This document shows, piece by piece, positions 53,792 through 64,000 of a stretch of 64,000 nucleotides of DNA. Both the position numbers and the translations under genes were made by a program. The stretch lies in assembly GCF_000006765.1 (NCBI RefSeq), contig NC_002516.2; one strand, given 5' to 3'. Within the stretch, counting starts at the first letter, position 1, and each line of letters begins with the position of its first letter. This DNA comes from Pseudomonas aeruginosa PAO1. GTDB taxonomy: Bacteria; Pseudomonadota; Gammaproteobacteria; Pseudomonadales; Pseudomonadaceae. The notes beneath the pieces are model-generated. The model was not told where the DNA came from, made no database searches, and saw nothing but the letters and a program-made list of their open reading frames with translations.

Positions 53792-55804
53792 CTAGGGAGT
53801 GGTGCCGAGCACCTCGAAGGAGCGGGTCGAGCCGCCGATTTCGCTGATCTTCTGGGTCCAGAAGTTCTTCGCGTTGCCGTAGTGCCTGATGTAGTAATGG
53901 CCGGGCTCGGTCCCTGGTGGAATGGACCAGCTGATAGTCGCTTTCGAGGCAGATATACCCACTCTCTCCCAGCGGTATTGAGTATCCCAGTCATTATCGG
54001 TGGCAACGGTCTCGGGCGTCTGTTTGCCATCCTTGCCGATATTCACCACTTCCAGGAAAGTCTTCTCGGTGCGCAAGTCATTCTTCGGATGTCCGGTCAC
54101 GAAAGCGACGGTCACCTTGTCGCCGATGCGATAACTTTCCCTGGGTTGTTGCAACACGTCGCCGAAGGACTTGCCGATATAGGGATCGTCGGCCACTACT
54201 CCGGTCTGGAAGTTCATCTGGCAGCAGGACAGGTCCGGCGCTATCGCCGAGGTTTCCACCGGCAGGCGTTCGCGCAGCGCCACCGCCATGTCGACGAACA
54301 ACTGCTGGTAGGCGGCCTGGGTCCAGGGGCCGTAGAGGGTCGAGCCGCCTTCGTATTCCTGGGCGGCGTATTCCTCGCGGGTGGTGACGTAGCTGGCATA
54401 GGCATTCGCGTAGCCATTGAAGACCACATGGCGGATACCGGCCGCTTCGCTGGCCGCCTGCACCGCGCGGCGGATCCGCACCCCGGCCATCACGGTGAAC
54501 TCGGCGGGGGCGCCGAGCAGTTCCAACTGGCCGATGCGGAACATCTGGATCGGCAGCACCGTCGGCGTCCAGGGGTAGGGTTTCTTGTTGCCGGTGTCGG
54601 CGAGGATGGTCTTTTCCGCCTGGCATTGCACCAGTTCCTGCGGCGGCACGCCGGTGAGCAACCCGCCAAGGGCCGAGAGGAACGGATTGTTGCCTTCCTC
54701 CAGCCCCAGCGGGCCTGGACCGTCTTCGGTGCTACCGGCGGCCAGGCTGGTGCCGATGGCCGCGGTGCACAACTGGCGCGGCTGGCCGTCGGTGAACTCC
54801 GGGCGGATCGGCAGGCGGGTGAAGTCGACGAAACGGAAGCGCGAATCCAGTTCGCCGAGCACTTCCTCCTGGGCCTGGCCGGCGATCTCGTAGGCCTTGG
54901 CGAATTGGCGCAGACCGATCTCGCGGGTGTTGTCGAACTCGTTGTCGAAGGGACCGGAGCCGGGCTTCAGGTTCAGGTTGGGCGACAGGTTGCCGGCATT
55001 GGTCTGGGCGAAGGCGGCGACGAAACCGCTCTTGCGGCTGACGTCGTGCTCCCAGTGATAGGAGGCGTAGCCCTTGTTGTCCGGGGAGATCAGGTGATTG
55101 GCGTTGGTCATCGAGGTGCTGTGCACCGGGAACCAACTGATCGCGCCGGCCAGCTCGCCGTTGGCGTCGACGAAGCTGAGCACGCTCATCTGCGGGTCGA
55201 TGCCATCCTCGTAGCCGACGATGTCCGGATTCTTCAGGTGCGACAGCAGCGAACGGTTGCGGTTGGCGTTGCGCAGCTCGCCGCTGCCGTAGAACAGGCG
55301 GCCGGGCTGCAACCTGGCCTGGGCCCGCTCGATGGAGCGGACGATGCCGTCGACGATGGCGTTGAAGGTCTTTTCCTGGAAGCCGAGCACCGACAGGTTG
55401 TACATCGCGTAGTGGGAGAAGCCGCCCGGACCGGAGTGGGTGTGGGTGGCGGCGAGCATCACGTTGTTCTCGTCGTAGACACCGGGGTACTTCGCCTTGA
55501 GCCGGGCCAGGACCTTCAGGTGCACGGCCTGGAAGATCATCCCCAGGTCGGTGTTGACGTAGACCAGGCGACGTCCGCTGGCCGCTTCCTCGATCACGAA
55601 GGCACGCGCCCACTGGCGCATGTGGATGCCGGCGGTCTTCTGTTCGAGGGAGGAGTAACCCATCATGCCGACTTCGGCGGCTTCGCCGGTGATGTCCGCC
55701 TTGCCCAGGCCGAAGCGGTAGGGCAGGTCGTCGGCCCTGGCAGGCATGGAGAGCGCCAGCAGGACGCAGGACAGCAAGAGCGCGGTGAATGCGGAACGTG
55801 ACAT
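53792..55804 (-). CDS. cerN: Neutral ceramidase (PA0845)
   Basis: 670 aa; signal peptide; ATHTHSGPGG, WFPVHSTSM, GNLSPN, PAEFTVMAG and YEGGSTLYG motifs. Confidence 0.96.
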   Translation of the reverse strand: MSRSAFTALLLSCVLLALSMPARADDLPYRFGLGKADITGEAAEVGMMGYSSLEQKTAGIHMRQWARAFVIEEAASGRRLVYVNTDLGMIFQAVHLKVLARLKAKYPGVYDENNVMLAATHTHSGPGGFSHYAMYNLSVLGFQEKTFNAIVDGIVRSIERAQARLQPGRLFYGSGELRNANRNRSLLSHLKNPDIVGYEDGIDPQMSVLSFVDANGELAGAISWFPVHSTSMTNANHLISPDNKGYASYHWEHDVSRKSGFVAAFAQTNAGNLSPNLNLKPGSGPFDNEFDNTREIGLRQFAKAYEIAGQAQEEVLGELDSRFRFVDFTRLPIRPEFTDGQPRQLCTAAIGTSLAAGSTEDGPGPLGLEEGNNPFLSALGGLLTGVPPQELVQCQAEKTILADTGNKKPYPWTPTVLPIQMFRIGQLELLGAPAEFTVMAGVRIRRAVQAASEAAGIRHVVFNGYANAYASYVTTREEYAAQEYEGGSTLYGPWTQAAYQQLFVDMAVALRERLPVETSAIAPDLSCCQMNFQTGVVADDPYIGKSFGDVLQQPRESYRIGDKVTVAFVTGHPKNDLRTEKTFLEVVNIGKDGKQTPETVATDNDWDTQYRWERVGISASKATISWSIPPGTEPGHYYIRHYGNAKNFWTQKISEIGGSTRSFEVLGTTP

Positions 55805-55985
55805 GGCGACCCTCTTCTTGTTTTCCGCCGCTGGGCGGGCTGGGGACGGTGGTCATCGAAAGCGGGCCGGAGCCTGCTTCGCCTGGTTGCCACTGTAGTG
55901 CCAGGGTGGTGGAGTCGAGGGGGGCGTAGCGGACAGGAAGGGGGTGAGCGCCGGCCATCCTGCATGGACGGCAAGGCAGGCGGGT

Positions 55986-56022
55986 AAAAAAAGGCCGCCT
56001 GCGTGGGGAGGCACCGGCGGCC
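55986..56022 (-). terminator. Terminator downstream of cysZ
   Basis: GGCCGCC-16 nt-GGCGGCC-TTTTTTT on the minus strand. Confidence 0.7.
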
Positions 56023-56181
56023 AGTCGGTTCGGCAGCGTCGAGCCGGTCTGCAAGGGCTGGCGCAGGTCTCGGCTGCGGCCTGCGCCGACGCTCCCGAGG
56101 GCATTCGTAGTGTGCCCGACGCCGGCTGTCAGGGCGCTGACGCCCGCCTGACAATGCCGACAGCGGACACCGGGCGCATGC

Positions 56182-56922
56182 TTATTTCACCAGCGCCCTC
56201 TCGCCTTCCTCGCGGACCCAGAACAGGGTGGCGCCGGCGACGGCGGCGGGCATCATGACCAGGTTGACCAGCGGGATCAGCAGCGCCAGGTAGGTCACCC
56301 CGCCGAAACCCATGCACGCCCAGCGCTTGCTGCGCAGCCAGGCGAGCATCTCGTTCCAGCCGAGCTTGTGGTTGTCCGCCGGATAGTCGATGTACTGCAC
56401 CGCCATCATCCAGATGCCGAAGAGGATCCACAGCGGCGTGGCGATCAGGTTGACCCCGGGCACGAAGCTCAGCACCAGCAGCACCAGCGCGCGCGGCAGG
56501 AAGTAGGCGAGCTTGCGCATCTCGCGACCCATGGTGCGCGGGATCATCGCCAGCAGTTCGGCCCAGCTGAACGGCGGGAAGTCGTCGCGGCCGCGAACCA
56601 CCACCTCGACCTTTTCCGAGAGGAAGCCGTTGAACGGCGCGGAGATGATGTTGGCGACCATGGTGAAGGTGAAGAACACGATCACCAGCACCAGCAGGAC
56701 GAACAACGGCCAGACGATGTACTGCAGGAAGCTCAGCCAGTCGGGCAGGCTGGGCATCAGCAGGTCGACCCAGTGGCTGAACTGCTGCATCGCGAAGCCG
56801 ATCAGCAGGGCGAACACCAGCAGGTTGAGGGTCAGGGGGATCAGCACGAACAGGCGCAGGCCGGGACGCATGATCAGCTTCAGGCCTTCGCCGAGGTATT
56901 GCGGGCCGCTCAGGGCTGGCAT
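56182..56922 (-). CDS. cysZ: CysZ (EI24 domain) sulfate-transport-associated protein (PA0846)
   Basis: 246 aa; [29 protein letters not shown] and [11 protein letters not shown] motifs. Confidence 0.93.
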   Translation of the reverse strand: MPALSGPQYLGEGLKLIMRPGLRLFVLIPLTLNLLVFALLIGFAMQQFSHWVDLLMPSLPDWLSFLQYIVWPLFVLLVLVIVFFTFTMVANIISAPFNGFLSEKVEVVVRGRDDFPPFSWAELLAMIPRTMGREMRKLAYFLPRALVLLVLSFVPGVNLIATPLWILFGIWMMAVQYIDYPADNHKLGWNEMLAWLRSKRWACMGFGGVTYLALLIPLVNLVMMPAAVAGATLFWVREEGERALVK

Positions 56923-57006
56923 AGGGAATGGTTCTCCGATGGGATGCGGGCTGAAACCTTAGCAGACTGGCGAAAGCCCGCGACAGAGCCTGTTTGTCCG
57001 CGCATT

Positions 57007-58962
57007 TCAGGCTGGCGCCTGGTACAGGCAATAGTGGTTGCGCTGGCGCTTGGCCTCGTACATGGCGCTGTCGGCGGCACGGACCAGTCCTTCGGCATCG
57101 CCGGCATGCCGCGGGTAGAGAGCGATGCCGATGCTCGGGGTGACGAAGTCGATGCGTTCGCCATTCAGCGCGATCGGTTGGACCAGCGCCGCCAGCAGGC
57201 GTTCTGCGAGGCGCTGCGGATTGTTTTCCTGGCTGTCCTCGAGGAGCACGGCGAATTCGTCGCCGCCCAGGCGGTAGGCCTTGTCCGGCTGCCGCAGGGT
57301 GCTGCGTACCCGTTCGGCGACGGTCCTGAGGAGGGCATCGCCGATGTCGTGGCCGAAGCGGTCGTTGACCTCCTTGAAGCGGTCCAGGTCCAGGTACAGC
57401 AGCGCCAGTTCGCTTCCGCCGGAGCCGGCGCGAAGCAACGCCTGGCCGAGCTGTTCGTCGAAGGCCTTGCGGTTGCCCAGGCCGGTCAGCGGGTCGCGGT
57501 AGGCCATTTCCAGCAATTGCTGCTGGTAGGCGATCTGGTCGCTGACGTCGCGGACGATGCCGCGGTAGCCCCGTAGTTCGCCCTGCAGGTCGTGGATCAG
57601 CGAAACCGTGGCCTCGAAGTAGCCGAGGCTGCCGTCGGCGCGCTGCAGGGGGATGGCGAAGGTCTTGCCTGCGCCGCTCTGCATGGCGCGCTGGAAGGGT
57701 TGGCGGGCACGCGCCAGGTCGTCTTCGCCGAGCAGTTCGTAGTAGGGATGGCCGATCAGCGTTTCGCGCGTCTGGCCGAGCAGTTGGCAGAGCGCGGGGT
57801 TGACGGTGAGGATCACGCCGTCGACGTCCATTTCGAAGTAGCCGTCGCGCATCGACTGGAGGATCGCCCGGTCGCGCGCCTCGCTGTGTTCCAGGCGCTC
57901 GAGCATCTGGTTCATCTCGCCCGCCAGTTGTCCCAGCTCGTCGTTGCCGAAGTCGCTCAGGCGTATCGAGTGGGCGTTGCGTCCGACTTCGGCGACCTCC
58001 CGGTTGAGCCGTTGGACACGGCGCAGGACCCACAGCTCCAGGGCCAGGTAGCCGACCAGGAAAGCGCCCAGCGCGACCAGCAGGGAGGCGCCGAGGAAGA
58101 AGTTGATGGCCTTCTCGCCCTGGATGTAGAGCAGGCGTTTCTTGGTGATGTCGAAGCGCAGCTGCGGCTCGCCGCTGGAACTCAGGTACTGCACCGAGAC
58201 CTGCTGGACATGTTCGCCGATGAACCGCCGTGGGCTGAGCAGGGCCTGGTTGTGGGTACTGCCGCTGCGGCTGCGCAGCGGCTTCCAGGTGGAGTCGGTG
58301 GCGATGTTGGGCATCGGTTGCAGGTCGGCCTGCATCTGTTCGCGGAGGTTGGCCAGGCGTTCCCGGTCGAGGAAGTAGCCGGCGAGGATCGCGCCCTTCG
58401 CCGGCGCGCTACCCTGGTTGTTGCTGATAGGCACGCTGACCAGCAGGGTCGGCAGGTTGTCGACCAGCAGCAGCTCGCTCAGGCTGTGGTCGGTGCGTCC
58501 GCGAAAGTCCAGCGCGCCGAGGCGGATGGCGCGTTGCTGCAGTGCCTCGAGCAGGGCCTGGTCGCTCGCCGAGGGGGCGCCGAAGAGCACGCGCTGGTCG
58601 GGCGCGGGCGGGGACCACTGCTTCAGTTGCAGGTGACCCCGGTCGTCGAGGAACAGGACGAAGTCGAATCCCAGGTCGTCGAGCATCTCGTGGTCGAGGT
58701 TTTCCTGTTCGAAGGTCTCGTTGGGGCGCTGGATGAAGTCGTAGCTGGCATCCCACCAGGCGTAGGTGCGAACGATGTCCAGATGGCGCTTCAACTCGAA
58801 GTCCAGCCGGTTGTGCAGGACGGTGGCGCCCTCTTGCAGGCGTTGCTGGTCCTCTCGGTCGAAACGGCTCAGCAGGATGCTTTCCGACAAGAGCCAGATA
58901 CCGCCGAGACTGGCGGCCAGCAACGGCAGGAATAGCCAGAGCAGGCGTGTGCGTAGGGGCAT
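57007..58962 (-). CDS. Membrane diguanylate cyclase, CHASE4-HAMP-PAS-GGDEF (PA0847)
   Basis: 651 aa from MPLRTRLLWLF (alternative ATG 58992); YAWWDASY (CHASE4), DELGQLAGEMNQML (HAMP), PAS, intact RLGGDEF and RxxD I-site. Confidence 0.92.
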   Translation of the reverse strand: MPLRTRLLWLFLPLLAASLGGIWLLSESILLSRFDREDQQRLQEGATVLHNRLDFELKRHLDIVRTYAWWDASYDFIQRPNETFEQENLDHEMLDDLGFDFVLFLDDRGHLQLKQWSPPAPDQRVLFGAPSASDQALLEALQQRAIRLGALDFRGRTDHSLSELLLVDNLPTLLVSVPISNNQGSAPAKGAILAGYFLDRERLANLREQMQADLQPMPNIATDSTWKPLRSRSGSTHNQALLSPRRFIGEHVQQVSVQYLSSSGEPQLRFDITKKRLLYIQGEKAINFFLGASLLVALGAFLVGYLALELWVLRRVQRLNREVAEVGRNAHSIRLSDFGNDELGQLAGEMNQMLERLEHSEARDRAILQSMRDGYFEMDVDGVILTVNPALCQLLGQTRETLIGHPYYELLGEDDLARARQPFQRAMQSGAGKTFAIPLQRADGSLGYFEATVSLIHDLQGELRGYRGIVRDVSDQIAYQQQLLEMAYRDPLTGLGNRKAFDEQLGQALLRAGSGGSELALLYLDLDRFKEVNDRFGHDIGDALLRTVAERVRSTLRQPDKAYRLGGDEFAVLLEDSQENNPQRLAERLLAALVQPIALNGERIDFVTPSIGIALYPRHAGDAEGLVRAADSAMYEAKRQRNHYCLYQAPA

Positions 58963-59015
58963 GCGGTGAGGACGGGTAATGGGCGACAGCATGAGTCTAG
59001 CCGCAGGTTGAGAGC

Positions 59016-59052
59016 ATAGGCTGACTCTATCGTGCGAATTGAAATTCGACAT
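59016..59052 (+). promoter_or_regulatory. OxyR binding site upstream of ahpB
   Basis: ATAG-N7-CTAT-N7-ATTG-N7-ACAT against consensus ATAG-N7-CTAT-N7-ATAG-N7-CTAT. Confidence 0.75.
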
Positions 59053-59146
59053 TTCAATGCATCGTCGTGGCTGGGTAACCTGCGCTGCATATTCTTCCGG
59101 GAGCCTGGCGTCGTCGGGCGCAACCCAACCTTCTAGGAGCCTCGCG

Positions 59147-59746
59147 ATGAGCGTACTGGTCAACAAGCAAGCCCCCGATTTCACTGCCGCCGCGGTCCTC
59201 GGCGACGGTTCCATCGTCGATGCCTTCCAGCTTTCCAGCCTGCGCGGCAAGTACGTCGTACTGTTCTTCTGGCCGCTCGACTTCACTTTCGTCTGCCCCT
59301 CGGAAATCATCGCCCACAACAACCGCATGGATAAGTTCCGCGAGCTGGGCGTCGAGGTGGTCGGTGTCTCCATCGACTCGCAGTTCACCCATCACGCCTG
59401 GCGCAGCACGCCGGTGGAGAAGGGCGGCATCGGTGCGGTCGAGTTCACCATGGTCGCCGACGTCAAGCACGAGATCACCCGCGCCTACGGCATCGAGCAC
59501 GAGGACGGCGTGGCCTTGCGTGCTTCGTTCCTGATCGACCGCGCCGGGGTGGTCCAGCACCAAGTGGTGAACAACCTGCCGCTGGGGCGTGAGGTGGACG
59601 AGATGGTGCGCCTGGTCGAGGCCCTGCAGTTCACCGAGGAACACGGCGAGGTCTGCCCGGCCGGCTGGCGCAAGGGCCAGAAAGGCATGAAGGCGAGCGC
59701 CGAGGGCGTGGCCTCGTACCTGGCCGAGAACGCCGAGGCACTGTGA
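59147..59746 (+). CDS. ahpB: 2-Cys peroxiredoxin AhpB (PA0848)
   Basis: 199 aa after AGGAG; PLDFTFVCPSE and GEVCPAGW motifs. Confidence 0.95.
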   Translation: MSVLVNKQAPDFTAAAVLGDGSIVDAFQLSSLRGKYVVLFFWPLDFTFVCPSEIIAHNNRMDKFRELGVEVVGVSIDSQFTHHAWRSTPVEKGGIGAVEFTMVADVKHEITRAYGIEHEDGVALRASFLIDRAGVVQHQVVNNLPLGREVDEMVRLVEALQFTEEHGEVCPAGWRKGQKGMKASAEGVASYLAENAEAL

Positions 59747-59858
59747 TCCCGATGCCGGGCGCGAAGTGTGCCCGGCCGACCTTTTCCCGGGGCGACCGCT
59801 CCTTCCAAGCCTTCCCCATGTGCTTTGGTGGCCCCGTTTTTATTCGCGCCGACGCTGA

Positions 59859-60830
<972 letters not shown>

Positions 60831-60865
60831 TGAGAAGACAGCCCTGAGTGCTGCGTGCAAGGAAG

Positions 60866-60890
60866 GCCCCGCTTCGGCGGGGCTTTTCTT
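60866..60890 (+). terminator. Intrinsic terminator
   Basis: GCCCCGC-TTCG-GCGGGGC-TTTTCTT. Confidence 0.88.
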
Positions 60891-61083
60891 TGTCCGTTCG
60901 GAAGGCCGCGGGCAGTGGGTCGTCCGGTTACGCATCCGCCGACGGCGTACATCGGGGCCGAGCGGCGTGCCGGCAGAACACGACTTAAGGACGGCGGACT
61001 GCGAATAGAGCAATTGCTCTAGCCGGCCTAGAATCCAGACGCTTCATCCTTCCCACGACAACACAATAGAAGGAGCGTCATCC

Positions 61084-61503
61084 ATGTTTCTCAGCCCTAG
61101 CGCGATCTGCCTGCTCGGCCTGATCGCCTGGACCCTGTTGCTGGTCTTCCTGCTGGTCAGCCAGCGCGGCCTGCTGGTACTCGGCGGGCGGATGGCGGTG
61201 AACGCCTTCGCCGCCGATGGCAGCAACACGCCTGGCGGTTTCGGCCAGCGGCTGGTGCGAGTCCATGCCAACTGCGTGGAGAACCTGCCGCTGCTGGCCG
61301 GCGCGCTGCTCTACGCGATCGCCAGCGGGCAGAGCAGCCTGACCGACCCGTTGGCGCCACTGGTGCTCGGCGCCCGGCTGTTCCAGTCGCTGATGCACCT
61401 GGTCAGCACCTCCGCGCTGTTCGTCTGGCTGCGTTTTGCCGGCTTCTTCGTGCAGTTGCTGGTGCTCGCCTGGTGGCTGCTGCTCCTCGCGGGGCTGGCC
61501 TAG
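61084..61503 (+). CDS. MAPEG-family membrane protein (PA0850)
   Basis: 139 aa; RLVRVHANCVENLP and GARLFQSLMHL motifs; AAGGAG RBS. Confidence 0.88.
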   Translation: MFLSPSAICLLGLIAWTLLLVFLLVSQRGLLVLGGRMAVNAFAADGSNTPGGFGQRLVRVHANCVENLPLLAGALLYAIASGQSSLTDPLAPLVLGARLFQSLMHLVSTSALFVWLRFAGFFVQLLVLAWWLLLLAGLA

Positions 61504-61513
61504 CGGCGCCGGC

Positions 61514-62476
61514 TCAGTCGCCGGCGGCCAGTTGCTCGGCGAATACCTCGCGGTCGACGTTCGCTCCGCTGAGGATCAGGCCTACCTTCAGCCCCTTCAG
61601 GCGCTCGCGCTCCTGCCAGGCGGCGGCCAGCGCCGCCACCCCGGCGCCCTCGGCGACGTTGTGGGTGCTGGTGAAGCACAGGCGCATGGCCGCGCCGATC
61701 TCCCTGTCGCTGACCCGCACCAGGCGATCGGCGCCGGCCAGGATCATTTCCAGCGCGCTCGGGTCCGGCGTACTGCACGCCATGCCGTCGGCCAGGCGGG
61801 TGTCGACCGGGTGGCTGATCGCCGTGCCGGCCTCGAACGACAGGGCGTAGGCCGGCGCATGGGCGGACACCACGCCGACGATGCGGGTCTTCAGGCCCAG
61901 CGCGTCGCGCGCGGCGATCAGACCGCAGATGCCCGAACCCATACCGATCGGCACGTAGACTTCGTCAAGGTCGGCCAGCGCGGCGAACAACTCCAGGCTG
62001 TAGCTGGCGACCCCGGCCACCAGCCAGGGATGGAACGCCGGAATCAGGTGCAGGCCTTCGCGCCGGGCGCGCTCGGCGGCGTATTCGCGGGAGGCCTGGA
62101 AGTCCTCGCCGTGCTCAATCAGCTCCGCGCCAAGGCTGCGCATCGCCGCGTTCTTCTCGCGGCTGTTGCCGTGCGGCACGACGATGATCGGCTGGATGCC
62201 GTAGCGGCTCGCCGAGAAGGCCACCGACTGGCCGTGGTTGCCGCGGGTCGCGCTGATCACGGCGGCCGGCCGCTCGCCCTGGTGCGCCAGGTGGTGGAAA
62301 TACACCAGGCCGCCGCGCAGTTTGAAGGCCCCCACCGGCAGGTGGTTCTCGTGCTTCATCCACACTTCGCAACCCAGTGCCTCGCATAGCAGCGGCCAGC
62401 GTATCTGCGGCGTCGGCGGCAGGCTCTGGTGGACGATGGCGGCGGCCTGTTGGAGGGCGGCGAGAGAAAAAGGCAT
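61514..62476 (-). CDS. PLP fold-type II serine/threonine dehydratase-like enzyme (PA0851)
   Basis: 320 aa; KHEN..PVGAFKLRG, ATRGNHGQSVA, PIGMGSG and LSGANVD motifs. Confidence 0.92.
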   Translation of the reverse strand: MPFSLAALQQAAAIVHQSLPPTPQIRWPLLCEALGCEVWMKHENHLPVGAFKLRGGLVYFHHLAHQGERPAAVISATRGNHGQSVAFSASRYGIQPIIVVPHGNSREKNAAMRSLGAELIEHGEDFQASREYAAERARREGLHLIPAFHPWLVAGVASYSLELFAALADLDEVYVPIGMGSGICGLIAARDALGLKTRIVGVVSAHAPAYALSFEAGTAISHPVDTRLADGMACSTPDPSALEMILAGADRLVRVSDREIGAAMRLCFTSTHNVAEGAGVAALAAAWQERERLKGLKVGLILSGANVDREVFAEQLAAGD

Positions 62477-62652
62477 GCGTGGTTTCCCCGTGCTGGTGGT
62501 CGGACCAGCCTAGGGAGCGCACGGCAGCTTGAACAGGCACACGTAGCCAGGGTTTCGCCGGGGGACTGTACCGTTGCGCGGATTCGCCGTCTCGCGGCGG
62601 GTGCCTGGCGGCGAAAACGACTGCCGCCCGGAGCGGGCGGCAGTCGAGGGCG

Positions 62653-63822
62653 TTACAGCAGGGTCCAGGCGTCCTGCCAGGCCATGCCCTTGCCCGGGGC
62701 GTAGTAGAGGTCCCAGCCCTTGCACCAGCCGGAGTTCGGGTAGGGCTTGCACTGGTAGCGCTTGCCATCGGCACCGCGCACTACGGTCCCGGCGTCGTAT
62801 TGCTGCAGGCCTTGCGGATAGTCGAAGTCGACCTTGCCGTCGCCGCCCGGTTGCTCGCCGCCGCCCTCGACCGGCAGTTCGATGTCGACCTGGAAGCGGT
62901 AGCCGGCCTGGCGCACGTAGACCTGGTTGTCCTGCGAGCTGGCCACCGGGCTGACCGCCCCGTAGGCATCCAGCACGCCGATGTTGACCAGGGTGGAGTC
63001 CTGGTTGACCTTCTGCGCCAGCGCCAGCGGCCATTGCTTGGCACCGTTGGCGCCCTGGGCCAGGGTCAGGCTGTGACGCTGGGCGTCGCGGCCCTGGGCA
63101 TCGAACAGACGCAGGGTGACGGTAGCACCGGCTGGCAGGTCCTGCTGCGCGCGCAGGTTGCCCAGCGCTTGCCAGGGGTTGGCGACGGCGCCGCTGAAGC
63201 TCACGTCGATGCAGGCGTAGAAGGCTTCCGGGCTGTCCGAGCGCTGCCAGACGTTATAGATCACATGCTTGCCGGTCTTGCCCTGGGGCAGCGGGCAGTT
63301 CATCCGGTAGGTGCCGTTCTCCAGCTTGACGCTGGTGATCGAGCAGAACGGCGCGGGTTCCAGGTCGCTCCAGGCCAGCGGCTTCTCGGGGTTATAGCCG
63401 TCCTTGGTGATGTAGAAGTCGAAGTAGCGGGTCGCGTGCGGCGCGCTGGCCTTGTAGACGAACTGGAAGTTGCCGCTGGCGTCCGGCGCGATGGCAGTGC
63501 TGGGCCAGTCGCTGCGAGCCAGGTTCAGGCCCTTGAACAGTGCCTTGCCGGCGCCGCAGAGCTGGCCGTCGGGGACCACCGCCTGGTGGTTGCCGTTGGC
63601 GTTGCCCTGGTTGACGCCATTCCAGTCGTACAGTGCCTGGGTGCCGCCGGCGGCGACGGCGGCCTTGCAGGCGGCCGACTTGGGATTCTCCGGACCTTCG
63701 AGGAAGCAGCCGTAGACCCGACTGGGCGGCGTTTCCATCGAGCCGTGGGCATGGGCTGCCTGGGGCAGGAACAGGGCGAGGGTGAGTGGCAGGAGTGCCA
63801 GGGTGGCTGAGTAGTGTTTCAT
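62653..63822 (-). CDS. cbpD: Chitin-binding lytic polysaccharide monooxygenase CbpD, AA10 (PA0852)
   Basis: 389 aa; signal peptide ending AHA then His1 (HGSM); second His in APHATRY; WQRSDSPEAFYAC; C-terminal CBM73-like module. Confidence 0.96.
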   Translation of the reverse strand: MKHYSATLALLPLTLALFLPQAAHAHGSMETPPSRVYGCFLEGPENPKSAACKAAVAAGGTQALYDWNGVNQGNANGNHQAVVPDGQLCGAGKALFKGLNLARSDWPSTAIAPDASGNFQFVYKASAPHATRYFDFYITKDGYNPEKPLAWSDLEPAPFCSITSVKLENGTYRMNCPLPQGKTGKHVIYNVWQRSDSPEAFYACIDVSFSGAVANPWQALGNLRAQQDLPAGATVTLRLFDAQGRDAQRHSLTLAQGANGAKQWPLALAQKVNQDSTLVNIGVLDAYGAVSPVASSQDNQVYVRQAGYRFQVDIELPVEGGGEQPGGDGKVDFDYPQGLQQYDAGTVVRGADGKRYQCKPYPNSGWCKGWDLYYAPGKGMAWQDAWTLL

Positions 63823-63894
63823 GACAAGTCCTTTTTTCCAGAACCGGATTCATTTCGAAGCGGGCTGATCCTAGCCCTCGGTGCCGGTTTGAGG

Positions 63895-63914
63895 TCCCTA
63901 CCAAATGTGACGGG
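63895..63914 (-). promoter_or_regulatory. las/rhl box upstream of cbpD
   Basis: CCCGTCACATTTGGTAGGGA, one mismatch to NNCT-N12-AGNN with the typical TGGTAG half; cbpD is quorum-sensing controlled. Confidence 0.6.
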
Positions 63915-64000
63915 CCGGTCAGATTCGCTACCCATTCCTGATGGATGTCGCGGAATGCAAAGCGGTCGGCACCCGCACTGTGAGCCGGTAGAGGCAGGCA

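Noticed and set aside
58993-59388. Longer starts for the diguanylate cyclase (up to 793 aa)
   Set aside because: They would overlap ahpB and its OxyR site on the opposite strand; the first TM helix follows MPLRTRLLW directly.

Overview
GC-rich Pseudomonas aeruginosa chromosome. Gene order and protein sequences match my recollection of the PAO1 PA0792-PA0852 region; locus tags below are inferred from synteny, not from a database search. From left to right: the methylcitrate (prp) operon with GntR regulator and palindromic operator; SNF2 helicase; DUF3649/PepSY/DUF3325 module; ampDh3 behind a terminator-loaded leader; Nramp transporter; an uncharacterised LysR-Rid-PLP enzyme-BKACE-MFS-HAD cluster; a lower-GC accessory block next to the tmRNA gene (HNH nuclease, T6SS PAAR/VRR-NUC effector/DUF3396 immunity, TM2 protein, orphan ORF); TetR/hydrolase/oruR; pta-ackA; slyD; redox genes; agt2; plcRH-cerN; cysZ; a diguanylate cyclase; ahpB-trxB2; cbpD. 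Best leads: (1) the VRR-NUC effector gene is split by one in-frame TAA, with a usable internal RBS in front of the nuclease half; (2) the BKACE/PLP/Rid cluster looks like an undescribed pathway; (3) a compact candidate sRNA with an anti-Shine-Dalgarno loop at about 16182-16253 (-); (4) a DUF3565-like gene coupled to ackA that carries an Anr box inside its conserved motif; (5) ampDh3 leader terminators, which fit AlpA antitermination and imply long antisense read-through toward ssrA. No CRISPR array, tRNA, rRNA, integrase or transposase was recognised.
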